A stretch of DNA of 64,000 nucleotides, from the NCBI GenBank assembly GCA_964016885.1, contig OZ024742.1:323826001-323890000 (forward strand), given 5' to 3'. Below, piece after piece: positions 38,955 to 52,371 of the stretch. Position 1 is the stretch's first letter, and each line of letters starts with the position of its first letter. Position numbers and translations under genes: made by a program. Origin of the DNA: Eledone cirrhosa. Lineage: Eukaryota. The notes under the pieces were generated by a model. It was given only the letters and a program-made list of their open reading frames with translations. It ran no database searches and was not told the origin of the DNA.

Positions 38955-41900
38955 TATACATGCTGCCGGATGAAAGGGCAAGGACTCCCCCTCTTTGTTT
39001 CGGCCGCGGATGGCCAACATAACCCCAACCCCCTCACCCCTCCCCGCGCCCCACCCACCAAACGCAATCCAAAACTTCAGAGTTGGTACCATGAATGTAG
39101 GCACCTTAAAAGGTCGCTCTAACAAGGTTGTAGAAATGCTTGAACGTAAGGAGGTTGATGTTTGCTGTATCCAAGAGACCAGGTGGAGGGGTGGGCCTGC
39201 TAGATTCATTGTGGGTAAAAAACGATGCTATAAGCTTTTCTGGGTGGGAAATGACAATGGGCTGGGTGGGGTAGGAATCATGTTAGCAGAAAAATGGGTG
39301 GATAAGATAATAGATGTAAATAGAGTGAATGACAGAATAATTAAAATAAGACTTGTTCTAAATAGAACTACTGTGACAGTAATATCTGCATACGCACCCC
39401 AATCCGGACTGCCTGGCACTGTAAAAGACAGATTCTATGAGACACTGATGCTCACTACCTCCCAAATAACTGACAGTGACTATATAATTATTGCTGGCGA
39501 CCTAAATGGTCTTCCAATTCCTTTGGAAGAGGCGGGCTCCTTTGGTGAGAAGATCCATCTGCTGCCAACACCCTTCCAACGGAGGGCTGGGGATGCCGTG
39601 GCTGACGATGCGCAAACACGCGCTAAGGCTGCAGCATCTCTACGTATTCCTCACCGGACAACCGGTGTGGGCCCCGTTCGTGAGGCGAGCTTTCCCACGA
39701 CTCGTCTCGCTGACCGAGCTGCAGTCCTGGGTCAAGCAAAGACCGAGGAAAATGGGCGACAGGCACATCGAATGTGCTCAGGCGCTCACAGTCCTCTGGC
39801 AAGCGGACCCGGCGATCAGTGGAGACTCCACTTCGTCATTCTATAGAGGGTTGATCCGCAGCAAGTGCGACGATGTGCTCGGTGAAACTTTGGGCGTAGA
39901 GGAAGATGAACTGGCCAGTCTGTTCGGGAGGACCTTCCGCCCGGGACCGATGGACAACTTCCAAAAGTCCCTGGCCTGGCAGTGCTACCGAGGAGCTCTA
40001 CCAGTTCGAGACAAGCTCTACAGACATGGGCGTCCGGGCAGGGACCCTGCAAAAAAGATCTGTCCGAGGTGCGTACGAGACGAAGAAACCGTCGCGCACG
40101 CATTCATACACTGCCCGGGCGTCACCGACCTGTGGAGCTATGTGGAACGACTATTGTCGCGGGTGGGACCAATCCAGTTGACCACCGAGTCCATTGTCAT
40201 GATCAAACCGCCACCCTCCTTCAAAAGCGAAGGAGAGGCGGTTTTCCTTTGTGTGATAGCTATGGCGAAAGGTTGTATGGTGGACAAGGTTGAAAGGGCT
40301 GAGGTCAGACACCCTTCTCTCCGGCCAACAACTGATTCTTTTTTTCAAATACCACTTTGGAAGAAGAATCAGGATGGAGAGAGAGGTGCTGTACCCCAGC
40401 AAGTTTTATGAAAGGTGGGTGAAAGTGGCGAGAATGGCCCGAGTGAATGGGCCTTCTCTCTATATCAGCCTGTAGGTTGAGGAAAAAGAGGAGGAGAGGA
40501 AAGGAGTACAAACTCTTCGTACTCCTGGAGATGAAGGTTGCACATTTTTTTTCGGGGGTATGTGTTACCCATATGTAATGTCTCCTCCTATTGGGGAAAA
40601 TCGATTAATTTTTAAATTGCATTTCTGATAATATTTTACACGTTTTTATTGTATGTAAACTTCCCCCTTTGTATTTGTCCCCTTCTTTTGTGCCCCTGTG
40701 GCTAATAAAGAAACATATCTGTAAACACTAACTTCAAAAAACGAGACAATCACTTGATCACCTATAGATCGGGGGAACACACAAGCCAGGTAGATTATAT
40801 CCTTACCAGAAGACGTGTCAGAGTGTCTGTTGTAAACACTAAATCCCTCCCCCATGAAGAATGCACCTCTCAACATAGACTCATAATTAGCGACCTCATA
40901 GTCAGGACGAGACGTACTCGACAACAGAAGAGGACTATCCTCAGGAAAAAAATATGGAAGCTAAAGGACCCCACAGCCAGTAATAAATTTAAAAGCATAT
41001 TACTTGATGCTTTCGACAGTAAGGAAGAGCAATTAGAGTCGTACAATATAGAGGAACAGTGGGAATTCCTGAAAGCTAACCTGCTGAAGGCGACAGATGA
41101 AACCTGTGGCTGGAGCAGCAGACCTATAGGCAGGAGGAGAGTAATGTGGTGGTGGAACAGTAAGGTGGAGGAGTCAATTAAGGCCAAAAAGCAGGCTTGG
41201 AAAGTATGGCGGGATGGGGGAAGTAGAGAAGACTATCAAGTGGCCAGGAGGGAAGCTAGGAGACAAGTGTACTTCGCAAGAAGGGAAGCAGAGGAAAGAA
41301 AGTTCAAGCATGTTCTACAACGCGAGGACCAAAAACGTGAGGTATTCAGGATTGCTAGGCAATGTGTCAAGGAAAACCGTGATATTGTCGGGGAGAAGTG
41401 TGTCCTTAATGATGATGGTGTACTTGCCATCACTGACGCTGATAAGAAGGTAGCTTGGAAGTGTCACTACGAAAGGCTACTAAATGAGGAGAATAAATGG
41501 CAGAAAGACAGTCTCCCCCAAATCGATCCAATAGAGGGACCAGCAGTGTTAGTCGAAGGTAGTATAATAAATAAGGCAATCAAAGATATGAAGACGGGTA
41601 AGGCGGCTGGGCCTTCGGAAACAGTTGCTGAAATGCTGAAAGCTTCTGGAACGGTGGGACACACTATGGTCACCCGGATAGTAAACCAAGTCATACAAAA
41701 TGGGGTTGTTCCGAAGGACTGGCGTAGCAGCATCATCATTAACTGCTACAAGGGTAAAGGAGATGCCCTAGATAGGGGTAACTATAGAGGCATTAAATTA
41801 ATCGACCAGGTCATGAAGGTCACAGAAAAAGTAATAGCGCAATTAATCAGAGAGCGAATTGATCTAGATGAAATGCAGTTCGGGTTTGTGTCAGGTAAAA

Positions 41901-43594
41901 GTACCACAGACGCTCTTTTCATTGTACAACAACTACAGGAGAAGTACCTAGCTAAAAGTAAACCCCTATACTTAGCTTTTGTCGACTTGGAGAAAGCCTT
42001 TGACAGAGTCCCCGTTCCATTATCTGGTGGGCTCTTAGAAAACTAGGTGTTGATGAATGGCTTGTGAGAGCTATACAAGCCATGTATAAAGAAACAGTCA
42101 GCAAGGTTAGAATTAACAACGAATATAGTGAAGAGTTTAGCGTAAAAGTTGGTGTTCATCAGGGCTCCGTTCTTAGCCCCCTACTATTTATTATTGCCCT
42201 TCAGGCTATAACAGAGGAGTTCAAGACCGGCTGCCCATGGGAACTCCTATATGCAGATGATCTAACGCTCATAGCTGAATCAATGGCTGAATTAGAGAAG
42301 AAATTCCAAACATGGAAGCATGGCCTAGAATCAAAAGGCCTTAAAATTAACCTGTCTAAGACTAAAGTTCTAGTTTGTAAGAAGGAAAATAGGGCACTGG
42401 TCCCATCCGGGAAATGGCCATGCTCAGTGTGTAGGAAAGGAGTAGGCAGAAACTCCATTTTATGTCCCAAATACAAAGTATGGGTGCATAAAAGATGTTG
42501 TGGGATCACAGGTAAGCTAACTAAGAATATAGATTTTATATGTGGCCGGTGCTCTGGTGCAATAAGTAGCAGCAAGTGCCCACTGAATACTAGCTCATTC
42601 CATTGCACAGATGGTTCTATAGAAATAGTGGACAGCTTCCGTTACTTGGGTGACAAAATCAGCAGTGGTGGCGGGATGCTCTGAAAGTACAGTAGCTAGA
42701 GTCAGAACTGGATGGAAAAAGTATCAAGAGCTTATACCACTATTAGCCGCTAAAGGGTTCTCTCTAAAAATGAAAGGCAGAATGTATGATGCCTGCATAC
42801 GAACAACAATGTTACATGGCAGTGAGACCTGGGCATTGTGTGCAGAGGATATACGCAGACTGGAGAGGAACGAAGCTTGCATGCTCCGCTGGATGTGTAA
42901 TAGTAATATACGTGAACGGCAAAGCATAAACGAACTAAGGGAAAAATTAGGAATAAGAGGGATCAGATGTTGTTTACTCGAGAGAAGACTACATTGGTAT
43001 GGTCACGTGAAGCGCATGAAAGACGACAGCTGTATAAAAACGTGCAGGGCGATAAAAATAGATGGTAGCCACGGAGTAGGCAGACCCAGAAAAACCTGGG
43101 ACGACTTGATAAATTCCGACCTCACACACTTACACCTCTCCAAGACAATGTCACTGGACCGAGATCTTTGGCGCTACACAGTAATAGAGAAGACCCGCCT
43201 TACCTAAGTACAAAGTGAAACCTACTACAGTCAGTAGGCACTTCTAACAAAAATACACCCCCGTCCCACTACCCCCACCCCATCCACACCACCCCTTTCA
43301 ATGTAAAGTTATGTTGGTGCCACAACATCCAGTCCTAAATAAATGAGATCGTGTAGGTGTCACGACAAAAAAACACACAGTCCACGCTGTAATGTGGCCG
43401 TGTAGGTAACACGGTAAAAACCTCCCAGTCCACACTGTAAACGTAGTTGGTGTTAGGAAGGGCATCCAGCCGTAGAAAACCCGCCAGACAGTCCTATGCG
43501 AGCAAGACAACCACTCTTGCCTCACATGGGAAAACTCCTGTCCAAACCCATGCAATCGTGGCAGATGGACGTTAAACGATGATGATGATGATGA
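38955..43594 (+). mobile_element. Near full-length RTE LINE (APE endonuclease + RT), interrupted and frameshifted, inserted in a TTAA-CCCT MITE (38789-38950/43596-43620)
   Basis: EN: GTMNVGTL, CIQETRW, SAYAPQ, IAGDLNG, SQVDYIL; RT: YKGKGD, NYRGIKL, QFGF, FVDLEKAFDRVP, GVHQGSVLSPLLF, YADD; (GAT)n tail. Confidence 0.95.
39506..40712 (+). mobile_element. 5'-truncated L1/Tx1-like LINE fragment inserted in the RTE endonuclease
   Basis: GGLGMP, ALPVRDKL, zf-RVT-like CPRC...ETVAHAFIHC; GC-rich block ending at AATAAAGAAA. Confidence 0.8.
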
Positions 43595-45558
43595 GAGTAA
43601 TGTAAATGTTAAAGGGTTAAGCAGAACATCAACAGCATCAATTTTACAAATTTCAGAGGACCTAAATTTGCCATCAGTACTGTACCTTCTTTCAAACCAA
43701 ACACATAAAAACAAAAAATAATATTTTTGGCACAAGGCCAGCAATTATCTCAGTATATTACTGGTACTTTATTTTATCGACCTCGTAAGGATGAAAGGTA
43801 AAGTTAACATCGGCGAGATTTGAACTCAGATCATAAAGGGCCGTAACTCTTAGTTGCAAAGCATGGTGTCCGACCCACTACCGATACTGCCAATCCACGT
43901 CTACTGACCAAATATATAGAGATATATTTTCTTTATTTTCATTTGTTAATATTTTATATTCTCTTTTTGGTTAATATTGGATTAAATCATCATCATCATT
44001 TAATATCTTTTTTACCTGCTAGCAAGGTTTGAGCAGGTCATCATTGATCATGTCAACACTTAATCACAGCTACTGAACTCTCAGATGGGCCAGGTGCTTG
44101 CATCTTGCTTGCACTAGGGAAGATGTCAGTTATTTACTCAACTGAAGAGCCCTCTCTACCCTATAGAGGGAACATTGAGCAGATGTGGGATAAGAAGGAT
44201 GATAAGTATGATGTCATAGGTATATAATAAATGTGGTGAGGTGGTAGGATTTGGGAGGGTAATAGAATAGAAATAGGAGAGGTGACACAGCAAAGACTTT
44301 TTATTTATGAGCTTGTAAATTTATGATTTGCTTATATTTTCCAAAGCTGATCTTAATTCTTTTGTGAACATTTTTTTCTAATGAAATACATTTTATTTCA
44401 ATTAATTAATAAAAGGATTTGAAGAATTTGCGAAAGTATTTAATTATTAAGATAGCAATTTAACATATAGTTCTTATATAAAATTATGTTGAAAGATTTT
44501 AATTTAAATAGGAATCTAAGCAACTATGAAGCTTTTCAGGACCTCCAGCACTGGTGAGAGGAATTCAAGAATCACCCACAGACTGTAGACCTGGCCTGAA
44601 TTCTTTAATGGCACCCAAGGATCAGGCAGAAGTGATAAACTGAGCAACTGATAAATCTATTACACAAGAACAGATTCGCACAGTTTTTATTGACCAAATT
44701 TCAGAAAAAGTTTTTGTCAATTGACCAATGTGATGTACAGTGGGATCATGTATACCTAATTTGAAATCAGAATATAACCTAGACAAGTAGCTCTGCATCT
44801 TGGCACTCTACAATTTCTACCAACACACTACTCTTTGTTATATAGAATATTGATTTCTTACATAGCACCAAGGCCACAAATTTGAGGAGAACAGTATAAA
44901 TGATTACATTGACCCCTGTATTTGACTGGTATTTATTACAGATAAAAGGCAAAGTTGAACTCAGTGTGATTTGAATTCAGAACATAAAGCAATGTAACTA
45001 AATATCAGCAGGAATTTTGTCCATCCTATTGGTCAAGCATTTCTGCCAATTCACTGCTTTTCTTACATAAAATATTGATATATAAGCATTGATATATAAA
45101 TGCTAAAAAAAAATTGGTTTTATTTTTAAAGAAGCTATTTTCTAATAAGAGTGTGTTGTTATTATCTTTAACATTTAATGTTTATTTGCATTGCTGTAGC
45201 CCTCTAAAACACACACTATTCACTTCTTTTCTAATTTTATTAATATTTGAAAAATAAGATCAAATGTAGATATTATACATATATTCATAAAATCTGCATT
45301 TTTTTTCTTTACTCAAACTTGAGTAAGACTAAACCTATTCTAAATTAGTAGTAAATCCTTGGTTTTCAGGCTGTTATTAAAAACTAAATAAAATAATACA
45401 GGTGACCATAGTGTAAATATATATAGCTTAAACTCCAGCAGAAATTCTCTATATCTTGTTTCTATTTTCAGTTGTTATTCACTCCCTTTATTGACTTTGA
45501 AGATTTGAACATCTTTTGAACCATCAATATGTGAAGGTGATCATTCTGTCTACAGTCA

Positions 45559-46380
45559 ATGGTGGCATCAAACAGACTATGGCTTACTAGAAGTAGGCCA
45601 TTTGCTATATATATAATACGTGGACATTCTTCTGTCAATAGCCCAGCAAATTTAATTTACATTTTGCCAGACACAAACCCTGAGAAGATACCATTTTTAT
45701 GTCAATATCAACGTGTCTTCAATTTAACAAGATTCAACATTCCAAACTTACAACAGAATTCAGCGAAACTACGCAGACCAGAACTAAAAGTAGATGATGC
45801 TCATCTCTTCTATACACCACAGCTGGCTCTTTCTTTCAATAATAATATCAGACAACTAGAAATTCAGTATTCAATATTGAAAAAAATATTTGAAGTTATT
45901 TCTTCAATTTACTGCAAGAATCCATTGTTGTTGCTAGATATTGCATGTGGTACTGGAGTGAGTGCTGAAAATTTTGCTCCAAACAATTGCTATCTTATTG
46001 GCACAGACATTAGTATGTCGATGTTGTCTATGGCAGTGAAAAAGAGGTCTTTAAAGAATTGTGATTATCTCCAGCTTGACAACAGTCACAAACTCCCCTT
46101 TCGCCCAAATTGTTTTGATGTTGTCACCAGTATCTCTTTTTTACAGTGGCTATTAGTTAGAAAAGATTCCAACTGCATTCTACAAAGATTTTATTCTTTT
46201 GTTTCACATGTTTTAAAGCCCGGTGGACAATTTTTGCTCCAATTCTATGCAAGGAACATTTCTGATGTTCAACTAGCTTTGAATTTATCTTCAGAAGTTT
46301 TCCGAGGAGCCTTGTTTTCTTGTAAACCACATCCTAGACGAGGGTTGAAGCTTTTCCTGTTTCTCTATAAAGAAAATTAA
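45559..46380 (+). CDS. BUD23-like: Class I SAM-dependent methyltransferase, divergent BUD23/WBSCR22 (rRNA guanine-N7) family member, single-exon CDS
   Basis: 273 aa; colinear BUD23 hallmarks RRPE..LFY..IQ, LLDIACGTG (motif I), GTDISMSML, LPFRPNCFD, SISFLQWL, VLKPGG..LQFY, FRG..P..KLFLFL. AATAAA follows the stop (46382-46387); upstream acceptor-like sites at 45471 and 45555. Confidence 0.8.
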   Translation: MVASNRLWLTRSRPFAIYIIRGHSSVNSPANLIYILPDTNPEKIPFLCQYQRVFNLTRFNIPNLQQNSAKLRRPELKVDDAHLFYTPQLALSFNNNIRQLEIQYSILKKIFEVISSIYCKNPLLLLDIACGTGVSAENFAPNNCYLIGTDISMSMLSMAVKKRSLKNCDYLQLDNSHKLPFRPNCFDVVTSISFLQWLLVRKDSNCILQRFYSFVSHVLKPGGQFLLQFYARNISDVQLALNLSSEVFRGALFSCKPHPRRGLKLFLFLYKEN

Positions 46381-46907
46381 TAATAAACATTTTTCTTAAA
46401 CATCATTTTTTTTGCCTTTGGTAATTTTAACATCCTGTACTGCACGAAAGTATTCTTAAAAAGTACAAAACAACATCATGACTTCATGTTAAAAGTTAAA
46501 GTCTCTATTCTAATACTGCACATTTTCACAACAATCTGTCCATTAGTGAAGATACCATATGTAAACATTTGAATTAATAAATCTGCTTTTAGATATTTTC
46601 TGCTAAATCATTACAAGATGTTAAGAGTTAATAAATTTTAATATTTGTTGCTATAGGAGCAAAATCACTTTTACAGTTTTCCTACAGCTAACAACTTAAC
46701 TATAAAAAAGAATGAAATATTTCAGCAAGCAAGATTAAAACTAGCGAAGCTAATTATCTTAGTGTGGTAAATACATTGTGGATAAAGTATGTCAACAATA
46801 AAAGCCATTATATTTAGATAACAGTGAAGTTAATATTGTGGCAGAGAGGCAATTTAGGTTTGATTCCCAGTTATACATGATTCCCATTTATCCATTGTCT
46901 TACTTCA

Positions 46908-47827
46908 CAAGCTGTACCTTGAGATAAAAAGGACAGATCCTGAATACTATAGATCTTTCCTACAATCAGACCTGGACACAATGCAGGAATGGATCACGGA
47001 CTGGCAACTCAAGATGGCTGTGGACAAGTGTACCACCATGCATTTTGGGAGGAAAAACCCAGCGTCCACATACTCCCTCCACAACACTAATATCAAGAAG
47101 TCTTCTTGTGAACGTGACCTGGGCATTACTGTCAGCAGCGATTTGCATTGGACGAAGCACGTCTCTAAAATTGTCAAGAAAGCCAGGGGTGTCTTAGCAT
47201 CATTCAGCAAGACCTTTGTCAGCCGCTCTCCAGCTATCTATTTAAAGCTGTATATAGCTATGGTGCGGCCACACTTAGAATTTGCATCACCAGTCTGGAA
47301 CCCCTATCTTGCTCAGAACATTGACCTCCTGGAAACTGCGAATACCCTCCATCAGGCATCTACCATACTCTGAATGCCTTGCTTCCCTGGGCATGGATAC
47401 ATTGAAGCTCCGACATCTGACAACTGACTTGGTAAACACCCACAAAATTATTAACCATCTTGCCAACAACAACCCTGAGCACCTTTTTGATTTCCATGTG
47501 TCAAACACACATGGGCATGCCTACAAAGTCAGAAAACAGCACAGCTCCCATGACTTTCGGGAACATTTTTCCCGCTCAGAGTTGGCAAAGCAGGGAACAA
47601 ACTACTTGTTGTTAGCTGTGGAGACACTGCATCCTTTAAAACCTCCATGCTTCCTGAAATTCACCAACACTACACCTGATATCCCCCCTCCATACACACG
47701 CACACCTGTATTTCATGACTCATACACTGTTCATTTTCTTTCCTGACATTTGAACATTATTCTATGTACTATACATGCACCTTTGATGAGTTGAGCACTG
47801 TACACAATAATTTCATTATTATTATTA
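46908..47827 (+). mobile_element. 5'-truncated CR1-like LINE, same family as 19326-21047
   Basis: Near-identical peptide MQEWITDWQLK...RPHLEFASPVWNPY; (TAT)n tail. Confidence 0.9.
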
Positions 47828-49539
47828 CAAAGGTATGAACATCTGAAATAGCGATCTATAGCGATCTGTATGTATAGTATATTTGGTAATATACTGTATG
47901 TTTAATTAAAAACATTTGGAAGACCATTTGCTATTAGTCTTTAAGTAGTGACTATGTCACTTACTTATTTTCGGCAAAAACAAAGGGAGAGTGATCGACA
48001 GTCTGTTTCTTGCTTGTTGGGGTTTATCAAGACCACACACTCCCCTGCCTTTGCTGAAAACTATAAAAGCTGGATTCTTATACATACATTCATATATATA
48101 TATATATATATAGTGGTAGGAAGAGCACCCAGTCATAAAAAGCTTGTCAAAAAAACGATTGGGAGGACTTTTGAGTTGTGTCAAAGCCACAATAACCTCA
48201 CCTGTGCACTCGATAGAATGGAAAACTGTATGTAAGCAAGATGCAGAATTCTTGGCTTATCTGGGAGATCAGTAGTCCTGATTCTGTACTGACTTGGTCT
48301 ATGTAGACCTGTCCAACACTTGCTAGCAGGGAAAGTAGATGTACAGGTCTACATAGACCAAGTCAGTACTGAAACAGGGCTAATGACCTCCCAGCTCGCT
48401 TATGTACCATCATACATTCTATCCAGTGTAAAGGAGAAGTTGTCATGTCATTTGACACAAATTTAAAGGTCCTCCAAACCACTTTACAGCATTTACTGGA
48501 TGCATTTATCATGTAAATCATCAATACTAGAGAGGTTGTAATGTCCTTGACACAACTGAGGGTCTTCCCAACTCTTTGTTTGATAAGCTTTCTATGACTG
48601 GATGCCCTTCCTATCATCTACCACTTTACAGTGTATACTGTGTGTGTTTCACATGTAGATCACCAACACAAGAGGGTTGTAATTTTGACACAACTGAAAG
48701 GTACTCTCAACCTTTTTAGGCATGGTTTCTAAAACACGGTGCCCTTCCTGTCACCAACTACCCTTACAGAGTGTACCAGGTGCATTTTCATGGCACTGTT
48801 ATTAGAGAGGTTGTTCGTCACAGACCTAACTGAAGAGCCGTCTCTACTCTGGGGAGGGAGGCGTAATAGAGAGAGATAGGTGTATGTGCTGATAAGGCAT
48901 ATATATATATATATATACTAGCCAAATGATGATACTAGCCGAATTACCCGCGTCTTGCTGTGTTTCACACATTTTTTTTGTAAGAAAATGATGATTGATT
49001 TGAAATCAGTGATATAATTTATGGAGAAAAACTCTGCATTTCAATATTACTCAATGTAAATGTAATGCATGAAAAATTGGAAAACATTATTTTTTGTACG
49101 ATAAAATAAAGTACCAGTAATGCACTGGGTAATTGCTGGCCTTGTGCCAAAAGTAGAAACAATTATTTTTTGTAATATATCAAATGAAAATTACATTATT
49201 AAATCTTATTCTTATTTTGTTTCTTGTAAATAATTTTTTTCAAAATATAAATTCAAAACTTTTGTGAATAGGCATCATATCTTGTCATTTACCTATGGTT
49301 TCAATTTCATATAAATCGAAGGGAAAACATTTTCAGCAGGGTTTGTGCCCCACTTTGATTAAAATGAAATATACTTATCCAAGTACCCTGGGCAATGTAG
49401 TTTCAATATATATATGGTTATGGGGGTCTATCTCCAAAACTATAGGAGTAGTTCATGAACAAATAAACAGACAAGAATACAATTTTATATATATATATAT
49501 ATATATACAAATATACTTTATATATATATATATATATAC

Positions 49540-51810
49540 AAATTTAGGAAAGCCCTTCAAGATGTGTATGACGAAAAAGGAAACGATTTAGAGACGTATG
49601 ACATATATAATAACTGGAATTTCTTACGTGACAGCTTACTGCAGGCTACTGATGAAACTTGTGGCTGGAGCAGAGCTCCAACCAGACAGAGAGTGACCTG
49701 GTGGTGGAACAGCACAGTAGATAAGGCCATTAGAGACAAAAGACTAGCATGGTAGGCTTGGAAAAAGGGTGGGAGTAGGGAAGGATATACAGGCGCTAAG
49801 AGAGAAGCTAGACGTCAGGTGTACTTAGCACGCAGGGAGGCTGAGAGTAGGAGGTTTGCCAATGTTCTGCAACGGGAAGATCAGAGGCGTGCGGTGTTCC
49901 ACATTGCAAGGCAGTGTGTCAATGCAAATCAGGATGTTGTTGGAGATAAATGTGTCCGGAATGATGCTGGTGTACTTAGTGTCACGAATGATCAAAAAAA
50001 GGAGGCTTGGAAATGTCATTATGAGAGACTGATGAATGTGGAGAACGAATGGGAGAGAGAGAAATTACTCTTAGTAGATCCGACAGGGGAACCATCTATT
50101 GAGATTGACGAATATAGGGTCCAAGAGGCGATTAGGGAAATGAAAAATGGTAAGGCTGCTGGACCATCGGGGATAGTTGCTGAGATGCTGAAGGCATCAG
50201 GGGACGTAGGCACTAAACTGGTTGCATGCATCATCAATCAGGCTATATATGGTGGTGTCATACCCAAAGACTGGTGCAGCAGTATTCTCATAAATTGCTA
50301 CAAAGGTAAAGGGGATGCTCTGGAGAGGAGCAATTATAGGGGTATAAAACTGATGGATCAGGTTATGAAAGTGGCAGAAAGGATATTAGCACAACTAATT
50401 AGAGAAAGGGTCAAACTAGATGAGATACAGTTTGGTTTTGTGCTTGGGAAGAGTACAACAGATGCCCTCTTCTTGGTAAGACAATTGCAAGAGATGTTCT
50501 TAGAGAAAAATAAGCCACTATACTTAGCCTTTGTTGACCTAGAGAAGGCCTTTGATAGGGTACCCTGATCTGTCATCTGGTGGTCCCTAAGGAAACTAGG
50601 GGTTGAGGAATGGCTTGTGAGGACAGTGCAAACTTTGTACAGAGGTACTGTCAGTAAAGTCAGGGTAGGAATGGAGTTTAGTGAGGAATTCCAGATACAA
50701 GTAGGAGTACATCAAGGTTCAGTCCTCAGCCTGCTCTTGTTAATTATAGTCCTCCAAGCCATAACAGAGGAGTTTAAGACTGGCTGTCCATGGGAACTTC
50801 TCTATGCTGACGATCTGGTTCTTATAGCAGAATCAGTAGAGGAGCTAGAGAATAAATTCTGGCTATGGAAACAGCAGTTGGAAGCAAGAGGACTGAGAGT
50901 GAACCTAGCTAAGACAAAAGTGTTGATGAGTAGAAAAGAGGACAAAACTCTGATTCCGCCAGGGAAATGGCCATGTTCGATATGCAGAAAAGGAATTGGC
51001 ATAAATTCTATAAAATGCACACAATGCAGATCCTGGGTACACAAGAGATGTAGCGGGATAGCAGGCAAACTAACAGGTAGGGAGAAATACGTATGCAGTA
51101 GATGTACAGGGAAATTAGACAGTAGAAGTCGCATTGATAGAGACATTTTTCAAATGCAGGAGGGTGCTATAGAAGTGGTGGATAGCTTCCGGTACCTAGA
51201 AGATCAGATTAGCATGGGAGGGTGGGTGGGTTCTGAGGCCATAGTATCTAGAATAAGGACGGGTTGGAAGAAGTTTAGGGAGCTGCTTCCTCTGCTGACG
51301 AAGAAGGGTTTCTCCCTGCGTACAAAAGACCGGTTATATGATGTCTGTGTGAGGAGCGCGATGCTGCATGGTAGTGAGACATGGGCAGCAACTGCAGAGG
51401 ATATGTGACGGCTGGAGAGAAATGAGGCAAGCATGCTCCGTTGGATGTGCAGTGTCAATGTGCATGAACGACCCAGCATGAATGTGTTGAGAGAGAAACT
51501 GTGTCTGAGAGGGATAGAATCTAGTGTGCGAGAGCGGAGACTGAGATGGTATGGACATGTGATGCGCATGGAGGATGACCGATGGGTGAAGAAATGCCAG
51601 GAAATGCCAGTTGAAGGAAGATGTGGTAGAGGTAGACCACGAAAGACATGGGCAGAGGTGGTGAGAACAGACCTCAGATTGCTGAAGCTCACGGTGGAGA
51701 TGACGAAGGACCGTGACAAGTGGAGAGATGCTGTGCTGAATAAGACCCGTCCCACCCTTGCAAGCAGGGAAGAGCAGACGTAAAATGATGATGATGATGA
51801 TGATGATGAT
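49540..51810 (+). mobile_element. RTE LINE, second subfamily, 5'-truncated with stops
   Basis: RT motifs as in 40754-42684 but diverged; short 3' UTR with (GAT)n tail. Confidence 0.92.
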
Positions 51811-52340
51811 ATATATATATATATATATACATATATGCAGAGGTTATATTTAATTTGTTGGGATTCAACAAGCTTAAAAAATATATATACATATATATAT
51901 ATGGGGGGGGGGGGTAAGTAATATTTGAGTAACTGCTCCACCCAGTCCACTTCAGCCCAACAGTTAACAGTGTTTTCATGGAAAACTAAATTGTCAGGCA
52001 CCCGCTTTCTTCTGTCCACCTGCTCATACCTAACCCAAATAACTCTATGCTTCAATACATGATTTCAAATGAGTCACTGTCTCATTCCCTACCTACTATA
52101 CTGTGTCCAGTAAAGTGATTTACAAGTATGAGTGTGTGTGTATATATATATATAGTAAAAATCTGTTAGACCTTTACTTACCAGAGTACTCAATACTTGG
52201 GATAGTAAAGTGTGGTAATATGAAGGATTCGGGATCCCAACAGCTATTTCTGAACTGAGTTTAGAAATAGCTGTTGAAACAGCAGGAGCTCAGCCATCAG
52301 GGTCTCGAATCCTTCATATATATATATATGTATGTATGTA

Positions 52341-52371
<31 letters not shown>

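Noticed and set aside
52210-52300. Hammerhead around the 14-bp hairpin CAACAGCTATTTCT/AGAAATAGCTGTTG
   Set aside because: GAAAC is present but there is no CTGANGA core or stem I.
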